DNA of 64,000 nucleotides from Hydrolagus colliei (lineage: Eukaryota): contig CM068755.1 in NCBI GenBank assembly GCA_035084275.1, positions 10,478,001 to 10,542,000 on the forward strand, written 5' to 3'. The notes beneath the pieces are model-generated. The model saw only the letters and a list, made by a program, of their open reading frames with translations. It was not told the DNA's origin and did not search any database. Shown here in pieces: positions 24,798-38,635 of this stretch; position 1 is the first letter of the stretch; each line of letters opens with the position of its first letter. A program made the position numbers and the translations under genes.

Positions 24798-26020
24798 AAG
24801 TTTAAACCTAGGTTTTATTACCCCCACTGTCGATCTAGTAAGATGTCAGCGGGTTTAACAGTCAGTGTGTGTTCCGTGTTAATCTGGTTACAATATTCAA
24901 CACCCCCTCGCTAGGCTGACTTTATGCGTGTAAAACTGCATTTAGTTGTAGCGGTGATCGATGCCATGTTGCACTCGTGTGTTTAACTTATTTGGACTCA
25001 GACGGTATGTCTCATTTACTTAAAGGAGCCCTGCCGGTTTGAGTAACCTAGCATTCCCGATCCTCCGAACCGCTTGCTCACATCAAATCCCGCACGTTAT
25101 AGAGGAATTCATCCACCTCGTCTGTGTTTTCATTCCCACGCTCATTTACTTTTTTTTTTGGAAAAATTTTTCCCCCCCCCAAATTTTTTTTAATATAAAA
25201 AAAACAAATGCAACGTGTGATAGATAAACCGAGACGTTGGTCGCGCACTCTGGGTGTTCGTAAATATTTGCAACGCCGGCGGTATTGCCAATGTCAGAGA
25301 AGGCGCATGTTTCATCCGGCAACTGGCCACAGAAGCGAGCGGCGGAGAAGCCAGGAAAGTAGACTCTTTAGTTCCTTGTCCAGGAGTTTCATTTCTCGAC
25401 ATCAAGAGACTGGTCCAAACATTTTAATTAATATTGGATGGGAAACGCCGATTCTCTCTCACCGGACACAACATGTTGCTGTTTGCTGTCTCCCCCCCCC
25501 CCCCCCCCCGACCTTCGCTAACTCTCCAAACCTTCCCTGATCCTCACAAGTCAATCTGTGGTGTGATTTGTGTGGTCCAATCTGTCTCCTGGTTGCGAGA
25601 AAGGTTCCATTGAGCCCAGCCAGCAGATCTCCGCCTAGTGGAAGTGCTTCATTTAATGCAGCAACAGCAAAGCCCGCGATTCATTCTATATATATATATA
25701 TATAGGTTTAGGAGAAAAAGCCCCGCAGTGAATTACATTTGTTTTGGCCGCCTTGAAGCGTATCTGGGCTGGGTTCGGTTGGTATAACATTTAACTGTTA
25801 GGTTTCCAGTTTTTTTTTGGGGGGAAAAAAAAGCTACAATAAACTTTCTTCTTGTTCGAATATAAATTAGGATACCCCCTCCCCCCCCGGTCATTTTTCT
25901 CCTCCCTTGAAGGTTTCTTCCCACTTTTCACTGGAGGTATTATTGTTCCATTGATGGCTTGAGCTAAAAATAATTGCAACCCTCCAAATAACTGAGATCA
26001 TTTAAGACTCCCACAGGGTC

Positions 26021-26336
26021 TAATAATAATAATAATAATAGTAATCCTTGCCTTTGATGTGGCGCTTTTCATGTATTTTAGCTTTCTTAAAGCGTTTCAC
26101 AGAATATGCTGTGAAGCGAATTGACTGTGTATATTTGGGCGAAACGTGGCAGCCAATTGCGCACAGCAGCGTCCCACAAACACTCGAGGATTGAAATGAT
26201 CAATTTATTATTTTTTGGGGGAGGAATTATTCGGCATGTGGAGTAAGGAAACTTGCCCAAAGTTTCACCCTGTCTGGAATTGAACCCAGGTCTCTCGCTT
26301 GTAAGGCGAGTGCTCTAACCAATTGGCTGCAGGACT
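26021..26336 (-). mobile_element. Full-length tRNA-headed Deu-type SINE
   Basis: (TAA)n tail at left, core cagccaattgcgcacagcagcgtcccac, head tgaacccaggtctctcgcttgtaaggcgagtgctctaacc...caggact. Confidence 0.9.
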
Positions 26337-26584
26337 ACACATGCTTTAATATGCATTCAGTATCTTTACCCACTATACTGTTGGAGGAGTTATTCAAAAC
26401 CTTTTTTGAATGGAAAGTTCTGGAACTTAAGTTTTTTGCCATCACAAGTTTAGTGTTAGGTGTTTTATTCAAACCAAACTTAATTATTTGCGCGTACAGA
26501 TGTGTGTGTAACGGACAAATCTATGAAAATCATTCTCATTGACCTTGTGAAGGGCCATCTAAGATGATTTACTTCTCTTTGCAG

Positions 26585-26744
26585 CTTGGATTTATTCAGA
26601 TTGGAGATGAACTTCTGTCAATAGAACCTATCAATAAAGTGAAGACTTCATTCAGTGGCGAGGAACACCATCTCTCCAGAACAAAGCGATCGCCCAAAAC
26701 CAAGAAAACTGATCCAATCCAAGAGTCTTGCAAAATTATTGCAG
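26585..26744 (+). CDS. ADAMTS17: ADAMTS17 exon 3 (prodomain)
   Basis: ttctctttgcag|LGFIQIGDELLSIEPINKVKTSFSGEEHHLSRTKRS...CKIIA G|gtagtg; cf. human VGLIQLGQEQVLIQPLN..FSGREH...CKVL. 160 nt, phase 0 to 1. Confidence 0.9.
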
Positions 26745-29700
26745 GTAGTGATCCTTTGTATTCAGATATGAATAGTGATATTGCTGGGAGAACAGGTGAA
26801 TTTTGCTTTAGATGAAACATGTGGTGTATCTCAGCTTGAATAGTGATAGAGAGTCAATAGATGACTTAAGGATCCCCTATCTTGGGAGTGAAAACATTGG
26901 CTTGGGTTTCCATTCATAATTGCTAAATGATGATTTCTACCACAAGTCCATGTGTATGGATTTCAGGCTATGCCTGTTTGATGTGATCTATTCAACCATT
27001 CCTCCCTGGATGGTCAAACAGCATGAGGTTGCTCACCTTGCAGGCTTTCATGTGCAGAATGGTGTTTTAGACAATGTGTTGTTTGAACCAAACAAATAGG
27101 TACTTTTCTTGGAGGAGAAGGGATGAAGTGTTAATAGTAATATCACACCTGCTCAGAGAGGCAGAAATATAGCTCCAGTCGTCCTGGCAAACTCATTGTA
27201 GAATAAAATTCAGTTGTGAATCGTGGGATGTATTACATTAGTGTAGATGGGGAAATTCAGAGTTCAAATGGTTAATGCTTTTGCAGCTATTCCCGGGAGT
27301 ATGCCTTGTGTGATCAGTGGCTTACACGCCCTTTTACATCATTGAGGTTCTGTATTTCATCTATTTGTTTTGAATGGTGAACTAATCTACCAGCCTATAA
27401 ATGAGCACCAGTTAATCAAAGGGAGCAGGGAAGCAATGTTTGTGAGAATGGCTAATCCGGTAATTGTTTCAACTGCTACTGACGGCACGGGGGAACCTTG
27501 AAGAAAGACAGCTGTTTCTTGAATTTGATCAAACTGGATTCCTTTTCCATAGGAATGTTCGTCCGACATTATAATGTTTACTGACTTTGCAGTTTAAGCT
27601 TTTCCATTTCTAACATGCCTGTGTACTGAAACACCCCAAACCACAGAATCATATACAATGAGGCACCCCATTGAGTGAGGTCCAGTATGGAGATGAGACA
27701 AAAATTTAATAAAATCCTTGCATTTGATATAGCATATCGGGAGGATGTCTCAAAGGAATTGCTGTAAACGTATGGTGGTATGTATTTTAACAGGTTCATT
27801 TATTATATTTAAACAGATGGAATATTGGAATATTTCAAATCTCTTGTAACGTTAATGTGTTTCTGATTGATTTGGGGTTTTTAACAAAACAAATTGGATG
27901 GTAATTGGTTTATCTTCCGATGGCTTTGGACCACAAATCAACCTTGTATCCAGTTGGCAGTACTGTTTTACTGAGGGGAAGTCTTCCTGATGTGAAAGGC
28001 ACTATACAAATATAATTTTGTTGTTGTTGTGATATGAGTAAAGGCAGCAAATGTGAGAACAAATCTTGAAGGAATCAGCAGAGATGTGACATCTGGATGG
28101 TTTACACATGGCCAGAGAGCATATTTGTCTCTGCTCATAAATTTTAAACTCAAGTTAATTTAATGCAGTGATTAAGAGTGGTTTGAGGTTAATTGAGCTA
28201 TTGTAGTACACTGCTGCTTTGTCATCACCTTAGATGAAAGAATAAAACTCTTATGGAAGTTGCAAATATGAATTTCTACATGACGCTCAATCTTTTGTGG
28301 CTTTCTTGGATGCTATTGTTCCAAATACAAATATCTGTAATTAGGTGGCCCTTGTAAAGGGGTGGATTGGACCACTCATATTTGCTTTATCAAGTGCAAC
28401 AAACCAAGCTTCTATTGCTGTCTGCCTAGATGGAAAAAAAGGCAAGGTTTGACTGGAAATACATATGGTATGCATTGGAGAGACTTGGCATTTTGACAAA
28501 TATTATCTGATGGATCCAAAGGCTGTACTCGACTCCCTGGGTCAGACTGATGCCAAATGGATTTCTTCCATCCTTACTTCCTTTGAGAAGGCAGACTAGG
28601 CAGTATTGTTCTCTGTCTCATCTACTTGTTCAGTACTGAAGCTCTTGGGTATTGCTATCAGGGTCAACTGCCTGAACCGTGGCAAATAAGTAATGGATCA
28701 ATGTATATGCCGGCAATGTTTGGATTGTTTTAATGTTACCCAGTGGAACCATGTCTTTCCCACTCGTAGCTTATTAAAATATGTAAGAAGACAGGTGGCT
28801 ATCCAATGAATCTGTATAAAACCAAAGCATCATGTTGAATGTGCATTAAGTCGCATGTGGATCCTTTATGCATAGGTTTCTGATGGACTTTTGTATCCTA
28901 AGATGTATAGTTAAGGGAGCAGAGAACATGCACTGTTTCATAAATACTAGACCATATTTATCTGATTCTGTTTGTACAACTACTGTGGCAGTTAAACGTT
29001 TCACTGACCTATTTGTTTCTGTAGACATCAGAGACTTCCCATTCATCTTCCAATGATGCATTTAACCAATGCAGACGGGTAGACATTCAGGTGTTTGAAA
29101 CTACCTTGACCATCCATTTTCTTCAACTTGGCTGTTTACAATTTATGTTGTTGTGAAACTATTCTTGGGAATAAAATGCTGTTATGGAAAGTTTTGGAGG
29201 ATGGGATGCTGCCAGCAGTCGGAAGAGACTAGTTATAGATATCTTTGACCTGGAAAGAGGAAATTGACTAATCCTATAGTGGCTGTAAAACCATCACTGA
29301 AATAACTCCAGTATTAACAAACAATAAGGAAGTCTGATTCTGCAGACAATAAGGAAGTCTGATTGTTAAGACAGTGTAAATGCTTCGATTTGGCAGAACC
29401 TCACACAACAACAACAACAACTTAAACTTATAAAGCGCCTTTCATGTCGGGAGGACGTCCCAAGGCGCTGAAATGAAATTAAGTACAGTATTAACGCAAT
29501 ATTGAATAGTGGAATTGGGATCAAGGGCAACTCATTAAATTTTACCTATTGATTAAGTGCTGTACAATTTAGAGAGCCGTCTCTACATCTTGACACTGGC
29601 AACAGTCCATGGATACAAACTGGGGCCTGATTGAAAATGCAAATTTAGATGTGTGTTAATTGGCTAGTTGAACATTGTGAGTATGGTTTTGGAACTCAAC

Positions 29701-30721
29701 TCAGATCATGTCCTTGATCCTTGCAAAGGCTCTGGGTTGTCTGAGGGTTCTGGGTTGTCATCCAACCCATAGGGTGGGTATTCTGGAGGGATAAAATGGC
29801 CCAAAGGGCTTTCTTCATCTAAACAGACTTGTGATCCTGAGAACAAAATGCTACATCAATGTTTGTGGGAGAGGTTTGTAGAGAATGTAGAGAAGAGTCT
29901 TCAATAGTAAATTCAGGCTTGATTTCTGCTCCTTGGCAGAAGATTTTTATTTTGAAGAAGTTCTTTCTGAGTGGCAAGAAAGCCAAAAATGTTTGGACAT
30001 TTAAGCGTTACAATCTCACGTTATCAAGCAACATGAGGTAAACCTACACTTGTGATGGAGCACACTTGTCATAAAGATAAACTGCTATTTAATTTTAATC
30101 TCTAATAACACAGTGTAATGAGTACAGCTGTTGAGTTAAAATTAGATGAAGTTTGTGCTTATGTGAGCAGGGTCTTTGCTCCAACGGCAGTCAAATTCTG
30201 TTTACAAAGTCTGAATCTAAAGTGAGTATTGATGAGGGGGTTAATTGTTTTTATACTCCTTTTTTTTGGTAATGTTACATGGTTTATAATGAAATGGCTT
30301 TGTCTGACCACAGAAATTACTGTGCCTGAGGACATCTAATCATTCAGCTTGGCAGGTTTAGATGCTCCATGTTGGAAAAATTTGCATACATTCGTCCTTT
30401 ATTTCTAATTTCAATTGGAAACAGCAGAACATGTGTTATCCCCTTGATGACTTGAATAGACTCAGCCACATGCAGAAGATTACAGTTTTTGGAACGATCA
30501 TCTGAGTTGGTATTTATTCCCTGGGAGAGGGTTTTTGCTAAGGGGGTGTTGATTAATATGATGAACTCTCTCGTTAGAAAGTTTAGAATCCCAATGTAAA
30601 CCTCCTCTGTTTCAGAGTTGTCCAATCGCTCAGTTGGTGCAGCTGCTGTGCAGCATGAAACCGAGCCACCATGACCAGGACGGTCCTAACTTCACTTCAA
30701 TGGTCTGATTCACTGAATCGC

Positions 30722-30920
30722 TATAAATAATAATAATAATCCTTGCATTTGATATTTCATTTTTCATGTCTTCTGGATGTCTCAAAGCGCTCCACAGAAT
30801 ATACTGTAAAGGGAACTGACTGTATATGAAGGCGAAATGTGGCAGCCAATTGCGCACAGCAGTGTCCCACAAACAGTCGTGGATTGAAATGACCAATTTT
30901 CTTTGAGGGATTATTATTAA
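30722..30920 (-). mobile_element. Truncated SINE
   Basis: aataataatccttgcatttgata...cagccaattgcgcacagcagtgtcccacaaacagtcgtggattgaaatgacc. Confidence 0.88.
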
Positions 30921-31200
30921 GTGGAAGGCTTGGAAGTTTTTGATCTCTATTACTGGACCCAAGGGCAATGATTAGGCTCAGTTATGACCACCTGTTTTTT
31001 CTTCCTCTTTCATTTTCAATCCCCCACCTCGGACCTCTGGGATTCAACTGAATCCAGGATGAGTCTGCACTTGGTGAGAGGGAAAATTTGGTGCCCTCTT
31101 TCTTGCATTTTCTGCCTTTGGGTTACTGGAGGAAATGTTTGGTAACTTGAATCAGTTTTTTCATAGAGTTGCAAACTGAACATGCACATTTCTCTTCTAG

Positions 31201-31373
31201 GCAAAAAGAAACTAAAGAAAGCAGAAGTTTTGGATGTCTGGCGAGCAAGAAGAAATGTCATTCGATTAACGAATGCATATACTGTGGAAACACTGGTGGT
31301 GGCAGATGCTGACATGGTTCACTATCATGGAGCTGAAGCTGCTCAAAGGTTTATCCTGACTGTTATGAACATG
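31201..31373 (+). CDS. ADAMTS17: ADAMTS17 exon 4 (furin site RARR, start of metalloprotease domain)
   Basis: tctcttctag|[58 protein letters not shown]|gtacgt, nearly identical to ADAMTS17 [42 protein letters not shown]. Confidence 0.96.
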
Positions 31374-34300
31374 GTACGTTGCACAAAATACTGAAGTTAA
31401 TAGTAACACGTTCCTTCCGCTGATAGAAAAGACAAACAGAGCTTTGTTTTGTGTCTGAATGCTGAGTTGTTTCACTGTGAAAACATGTCTTCCTTATGAG
31501 CTGTATTAATTACTATGATGGACCACACATCCTTGATAAGCACTGCATACAAAGTAAATTAGTAAAAAGAAATCTCGCTGGGCTGCTTTGGTTGTATGAA
31601 TAAACCGCACTTCCTTCGGCAGAAGCTTTAACACAAAATAAGTTGTTTCAGAATTTACATGTACAATATATCAATTCTGAATGTGTTGAGATTCATATAA
31701 ATATTTATTATGCTTTATTGTGCTTGAATCCTTTTCATAGACTTTAACCCGCTGCTTTATTGCCATGTGTTCCGTTGCTTGTGTTGCTTTACTGGCTTCA
31801 GTAGGATTTCTATACCCTTGTGGTATTGAACACATTTCAAATATCTAATCAATCACTGTCCAGGCTTTGTACTTTTTCAAAATAACTTTTGAACATATTC
31901 AAGCTCCTCTTTCTCCGAGCTTTGCCTGCTGAACTTTTGTGAATTTTTTTCGACTTAATCTAAATGAATCCTGCAGTAACACCCATCTCTTGATTGCACG
32001 GCCTGGTGAAGATTTGCTGTTCGCAACACAACTTGTGGTCGGTGACAATTTGGATGAATATTTGGGGTTTTGGAACAGCCTGTGCTTTGATCAATTATCA
32101 TTTTTTTACGAGGAGTCACTGTGGGCTTTTGTCTTCAAACATGCATTCCAGGATTCTGCTGAGTTTCTGTTGATGCTTATTTTTGCTACCGCTTGTCTAT
32201 CATATGCATTGGTTTAACCCTAACAGTGCCGTTGAGCATTACGAAGGGCGCATAGTAGACTCGAAGCAACACATCCACTTTACTGCTCTAGTAAAACAAA
32301 AGCAGCCGCTAGCTTACTGTACAAAGGTTAGACTTTGCATCAGCTGATGCAATCAGTCTGGCAATTGTTGAACATTTTTACATTATTGGGATAAGTTTTA
32401 CTATCTCTAGCACAGTTCCAGTGTCTCTGGAGCTCATAAAAATATTGACCTTGGGCGTTGGTTGATTTGTAGATTATTGCTTTAAACTGTTAGTGAAGAT
32501 AGACTTGGAAGAAGATGGAGCTGGAAATGACATTACGGCTTGAGTGACTCTCCCTACTTCTGTTAATTCTGCATTCACATGGTCAGGAACAATGTCTCCC
32601 AACTTATAGCCAAGTACTATAATGTTTTTATTAGTGCTCGCTGCTGATGCTCATACTGACTACAAGTCTATGTTTAACTCCTGCTCTGTGGGCTCACTGT
32701 TTATGTATATTTGCAGTTCATATGCTACACTGAAAAGCTTAAAATATAGTAGCTGTCAGACATCTGGATAGCTTCTTGTTACTGTAATATTAACCCTAAT
32801 ATCACAGAGTAACATGCTTCAAAAGCGTTTGTTGTACTATCCCTTGTCCTATTCTATCTTTTATTGCTTTCACTTTTCCACCCCAGCCTTCCACTGATTC
32901 TCTTTTCTCAGTTTCATTTTGCGTTTTCCCCCTCCCCGACCAAGCAAATTTACCAAGGTGCAAGCGTTGTGATTCAGATTGGCCCAGAACTGCCCTGATA
33001 GGCGAGCGCAAATAGGAAAGATTCACGGGGTCGTTTTGTATGCCTTAGCTTGCCAATCTCTGTGGTTTTCAACTCCAAAGCAAGGCATGGGAGCCACTGA
33101 TGTGATACAAAGCAGCCAGTCTAGCTGTGGGGTTTGTAGGAGTGGCATTCGAATGGTTAAAAGAGAATATTCCAAAACAAAGAAAGTTAGTTGATTAATA
33201 ATTAGATTTTGTATTAAAATGCATGATAATGGTAATGCTCTTAAATGGTTACCAGCCGGTCCCTTTCTTCCCCCTCTTCCACAGCTATTTGTTTCTGAAA
33301 TTGTTGAAAACTGACGGAATGGCATTAATTTGGGTAGAGCCAAAGGGAGGATCTCACTGTATGTTTTATGGCAGGAGCAGTTCCAATCTCCCTCCCAATA
33401 AGTTTCTCCGAAAAGCCTGCTCCAGCTGTTAGCTGACTGACATCTTCCTATATATCACTGACAGTCTATTCTGATTCTGTATATAAATCCATAGCTCCAG
33501 TAGGCATTCAGTCAGCTCTTCACTCTCCCAGATTTGTGAGTGAGTTGTTGGTATGTGCAATATCTAAGTTATTTTGCTGTATTCTTTGTTGTTCTATTGT
33601 GGAGGTTTTTTTTAATCAAATACACTGATAATTTTTTTTGGCCCCCACTGTAAGCATTCTTGCTGGCCTCAGCTAAATAGAGATTGATAGGCTGAGGTTA
33701 AAGAGATGTGAGAAGCTAGCCAGCAGTATTGGTAAACTTGCATCAATTTCTTATCGCATCTCAGCTATGGTTTTATGATGTATATTTTCCGAAAGTTCAC
33801 TCCTTAACAATCTCGATGCACATACCACAGTTACTGCATCTTGGATTTTTCCAGGTGTTTGGCATGGCAACTACAAGCAGAATGAATGGGAAATTTATAG
33901 CTCGTGTAGGGGAGGGTCCAGTGAGGCTGAGATGCTTGTGCTTTGTTTGCACCAAGGTTGTGCTCATGCCAGTATTGATAACTTGATCCAGGATACTTTG
34001 GCAGGTTGACTAACGCATATCTGTACAATACTGCCAAGGCCTTCATCTCAAACTATGATGTGGCATTCCCTCAACTGAGAGGCCCTATACAAGGAATTCC
34101 TAAAATCAGAGATTGATTGCAACAAAAATAATTAGCTGGCACTTTTCGGTGGGGAAATTGCTTAATTCATTACTACATATGCCTGGACTGAGATTCCTTT
34201 GTAAATTTCTTAATTTGCCTTCAGTGTTTCGAATTGGAACACTCATCTAAATGAGGAATAAATACTAAGGCAAGATTTGTTTTACCAGTTCTCTGTTTAA

Positions 34301-34379
34301 AAAAAACTAGTCATTCAATTACCGAATGGTACACTGCATCCATTTTAACCAGCACCACTGCCTTTATCAAGTACTGAGG

Positions 34380-35496
34380 CTCTTGCAATGTTCACCCCCA
34401 AAATACTTCCTGTGAAGCACTTTGACATTTAATGACACAATGAGGTATGATACCAAATGGAAGGATTATTATTATATTTATAGCAACAAGTTTTACCACC
34501 AAATAAATGAGGTTGGTTTGTGTGCATCAGTCTATAATAATAATCCTTGCATTTGATATAGCACCTTATCAAGTCATTGAGGCTTCTCAAAGCGCTTCAC
34601 AGAATATACTGTAAAATCTATTGACTGTATTTTGTGGCTGAAACACAATGTTTAGCTTTAACCTCCTTCTACATTTATGGATCTGGAAAGTGTGAGGGGA
34701 AGAAGAAAGGATCCTGGAAACCTGTAATTTTTTTTTAAAAAGAATAGAAATAAACACAGCTGCTAAATCAGCTGTGTGTATTTCAGATTTCTGGCATCAA
34801 AAGCTTTGTTTTGTCTCTCCTCCGCATAACTTAACTTTTTTAAAGAGGGGTACTGGGATTTACAAGGTTCAGTACGCTGGTCTGCAGTCCTGTAGATTAA
34901 GCAATTGGAATCTCAGAGCTGCCTGTCACTTGTCGTATTTGGGCGAATTTCAGCAGTTCATAGCTGGGCTGAAACATGATGTGGTAGCAAGATTGCTTTC
35001 ATAACAACAAAAATCCTTGCATCTGATACAGCGTCTTTTTATGTTGTTGTGATGTTTCAAACACTGGATTTTTACTGTGAAGTGGTTACGGTGTATTTGT
35101 AGGCAATCACAGCAGTCAGTTGGTCCACAGCATTGGCCCACGAACGGCCATGAAGTGAATGACCAATTTTATCTGGGAGATTGTTGTCTGAGATTGGATA
35201 GCTCCTCAGGAGGAATAGAAGCTGATTTTGTGCACGCACAAACGTCGTGAACCGCACATCATAAAGCTATTCATGAAGTGGCAACGAGATAAAGTTCATT
35301 AACAGAGCAATGTTATTCCCTTTGGGAGTGGTCACAGTTTACCATGATTTACACTGTGTTCTCCAACATGAATAAACAGTAGAACAAAAGCATCTCTGTC
35401 CTAATCAGCCTAAAATCCCGGGATCCGTTGTTGTGAAGTGCTCTGAGACGCCGTCCGGCGTGGAGGGCGCTATATAAATCGAAGTTGTTGTTGTTG
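34380..35496. mobile_element. SINE/L2 fragments in intron 4: + SINE tail ~34380-34480, - SINEs ~34535-34650 and ~35000-35170, + L2 tail 35416-35496
   Basis: Each matches the SINE tail or core, or the 12166 L2 tail (tcccgggatcc...gagacgccgtccggcgtggagggcgctatataaatcgaagttgttgttg). Confidence 0.8.
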
Positions 35497-36101
35497 TAAA
35501 ATTCAGATGGAAAAATTCATCCAACAGGGTCACATGTTGCATTATCTGTTAAAGCATGGTACTTGGTTTGCTTTTATTTAAAAAAAATTACACTTGTTTT
35601 TTTAAAAAAAATACTGTAAAAGGGTCTTGGGAGTTTCCAAACCATTTAAGGAATAACATGACCACTACCTCAACAGAGTTTAGCTTTGCTGCCTTGTGTA
35701 GATTATTCTTTAGACTGACCTGCCTACACAGCACAGGATTAGGATAATGTAGATGAGCTTCTTGATAACACAGTTATTAAGTTGCTGGATAAAAACAAAA
35801 TATGATGCCCTGTCTTAAGTCAACCAAATTGTTTTACACAAACAACGAGGAATGATTGTACTGTTCTCCACTGAACATTTACGCATACTTGGGAACAAGT
35901 AGCTCGAGGAGCATTCGTAGAGACTGAGGACAGCACCCAGTATCCGATTTATTGTATAATTGTACATCATGTCAGAGAGATGAAGATGAGACAAATAACA
36001 CTTTACAATAGGAAAAGGAATGTATCTGCCTGATTTTTTAAAAAAATCTAAATTGGTAAATCCTTACAGTCATACTTTTTTTCTTCTTCTTCTTGTTGCA
36101 G

Positions 36102-36185
36102 GTCTACAACATGTTTCAACATCACAGTTTGGGAATCAAAATCAATATTCGAGTAACAAAACTAGTTCTGCTTCACCATCGTCCA
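36102..36185 (+). CDS. ADAMTS17: ADAMTS17 exon 5
   Basis: ttcttgttgcag|[28 protein letters not shown]|gtaagt, 84 nt; cf. human [28 protein letters not shown]. Not captured in this frame by the ORF track. Confidence 0.96.
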
Positions 36186-36509
36186 GTAAGTGTGTGTGTG
36201 TTTCCCATTGGCAGGGGAAGAGAAGAAAGAGCAATAGACTGACCAGAGTACAAAGAAGCTGGATGATGTTGAGTTTATATTTTTAAATTGCACCTGAATC
36301 AATTGTTTGCGCTTGGCCTTTTTGAAAATTGCTGTTTTGTTGAGCAACCAGGGAATTGTGGATAATTTCTCATGCAATTTTAGAAACAGAAAGATATTTC
36401 CCGTGTGGGAACATCACTTTCAAGTTAACTTTCTGTGGATGTTTTTTGTATTTTATTCACTTTCATTTCATAACAAGTTATTTGTATTAATCTAGGCCTA
36501 TATTTTGTA

Positions 36510-36915
36510 GCATATAGAAGAATTAGAGGTGATCTTATAGAAACTTAGAAGATTCTTAAGGGGCTTGACAGAGTAGACAGTTTGAAACTATTTCCTCTGG
36601 TTGGAGAATTTAAAACTAGGGGTCACAGTCTCAAGATTAAGGTCCAGCCTTTTCAAACAGAGTTCAGGAAACATTTCTTCACTCAAAGGGAAGTGAATTT
36701 ATGGAATTCTCTACCCCCAAAAGGCTGTGGATGTTCAGCTTGAACATATTCAAGACTGAGATTGATAGATTTCTAAAGGATAGAGGGTTTAAAGGATATA
36801 GGGATAGGCCAGGTAAATGGAATTAGGTTAGAAGATCAGCCACAATCTTATTAAATGGCGGGGCAGGCTCGAGGGACCAAATGGTCTACTTCTGCTCCTA
36901 TTTCTTATGTTCTTA
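36510..36915 (+). mobile_element. CR1 LINE 3' end (ORF2 C-terminus and 3' UTR)
   Basis: RRIRGDLIET*KILKGLDRVD...FPLVGEFKTRGHSLKIK...FRKHFFTQREVNLWNSL, then ggcggggcaggctcgagggaccaaatggtctacttctgctcctatttcttatgttctt tail. Confidence 0.92.
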
Positions 36916-36945
36916 AACAAAAAATATTTTCTTTTTATCTTTCAG

Positions 36946-37103
36946 GAAAAACTGTTTGTTGGACACCATGGGGAGAGATCACTGCAAAGCTTTTGCCATT
37001 GGCAGCACAGGGAGTTTGGGGGAGCTAAATATCTGGGGAATAACCAGGTGCCTGGTGGAAAAGATGACACTCCAGCTGTTGACGCTGCTGTATTTGTTAC
37101 CAG
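36946..37103 (+). CDS. ADAMTS17: ADAMTS17 exon 6
   Basis: tttatctttcag|[54 protein letters not shown]|gtatat. [13 protein letters not shown] matches ADAMTS17 as I recall it. Confidence 0.96.
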
Positions 37104-37939
37104 GTATATATTTTACTCTTGTCCAGCTTGCTGAACGTTTTTGCATGACATTTCCAGAGGCTGCTTCAACCTTGAGTCAAGAAAACCACTCTTAAAAACA
37201 TTAAAATACCTGTAATGTCTGACTCACCAGGAATTGTTGTGTGGCAATCTGCCACTTGTATTCTTTTCAGATGTAGAATAGTTTATCTTGAGATGGTCTT
37301 GATAGATGCAATCTTGAACTGTTTTTGAATTATGTAAACATGTATTCCTCGGTAGAAAGTTAAAGAATAGGCTAGAGCTGAAGCGCTGCTGCTTTTGGCA
37401 GTTATATAATTGAGCACAACTTGATGCCCACCCCCCCTCACCACCCCCATCACACATACACACACTGCCTTCACAGCAGAAGGTCCAACAATAACACTCT
37501 TAGACATTGTAAAGCTGCACTTTGAGTGGTATCAGGTGGAGTGGAGATAGGCTGGCACCAAGTTCGGTATCTAAATAATGATTCCACAATGACTCAGCTT
37601 AGACTATATACACTGAGCCAATTTGATTGCAACAATAAATCATCCAACCCAGCACATATGGCACCCTCTACAGAGGCCTGAACGTCCTCATGGTCTTAAG
37701 ATGTTTGGGAAACTTCTAAATTTTGTTCTTCGTTTTGAAGCTAGTTTTTCCGCAGGTATTTTTAAGCTGCTTCCAAATCAAGATTTGAATTTCAAGACAT
37801 TTCCCAAATCCTGCATGTTACAATTTTAAAGACTGTAAATCAATGAGAATAAAGCTAAAAGTCAAATATTTCTAAGAGGTACAAGGAAAGGAGTGAGCAC
37901 TAGGAGTCCCAGCATTGCCGAGGAAGAGTACTGGAGCAA

Positions 37940-38635
37940 GTGAATGGTGCGACATTAAATAGATTGTAAATAGTAGCAACTCAGATCCATAAAATTGTTT
38001 TTTGCAATGCCAGCTGTGGTTTGTTGGGTGCTTTAATCAATGTTATGAAGGAATATAGGGTAAGATCAAGAAGGTCATGCTCTGCTAAATATACTCTTCA
38101 CATCTTTTTTTCCCCCTAGTCAAGACTAGTCAATCCCAGTACAATGTTAGCTCTACAGATCAGAGTGTACACAAGTGTACTATGTGTACAATGGTACCGG
38201 GTCAGATGAGATACAGCTTAATATCTACAAGAATGAAACTCCTAAAGGTATCTGGCAAAGCCACATATGTAAAGACTGGAGCTACTATACCCAATGATCT
38301 GAAAATTATAGATCAGTCAGCCTAATGCTTGTAGTGCAGAAAGTGAATGAGAGCATATGGGATGATAATAGTGTTCAAGAATACAGATGTTGTAAAGGAT
38401 TGGTCAACAGGGATACAAAACCATTTGGTTATTTCTCATCAATCTACTGGAAATCTTTTAAGTAGTCAGCTTTTAAAAGAGAATTAGATCTTTATTTATG
38501 AAGCACAAGTTTGTTAGGTTATGGGGAGAGAGCTGGGCAGTGCGATTGAGTTGCTCTTTTCAAAGAGCCAGCGCAGACTAGATGGGCCGAATGGCCTCCT
38601 TTTGTGCCATAAGATTCTATGATTCCATGATTCTA
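37940..38635 (+). mobile_element. Degraded CR1 LINE 3' portion
   Basis: Clear CR1 tail cagactagatgggccgaatggcctccttttgtgccataagattctatgattccatgattct at 38575-38635; upstream sequence weakly resembles the ORF2 C-terminus. Confidence 0.65.

Noticed and set aside
23312-25540. Several 70-144 aa ORFs in intron 2
   Set aside because: No recognisable domains; explained by higher GC and simple repeats in the CpG-rich zone.
26885-27075. Possible ancient LF-SINE-like element after exon 3
   Set aside because: Similarity is from memory and too diverged to support without a profile search.
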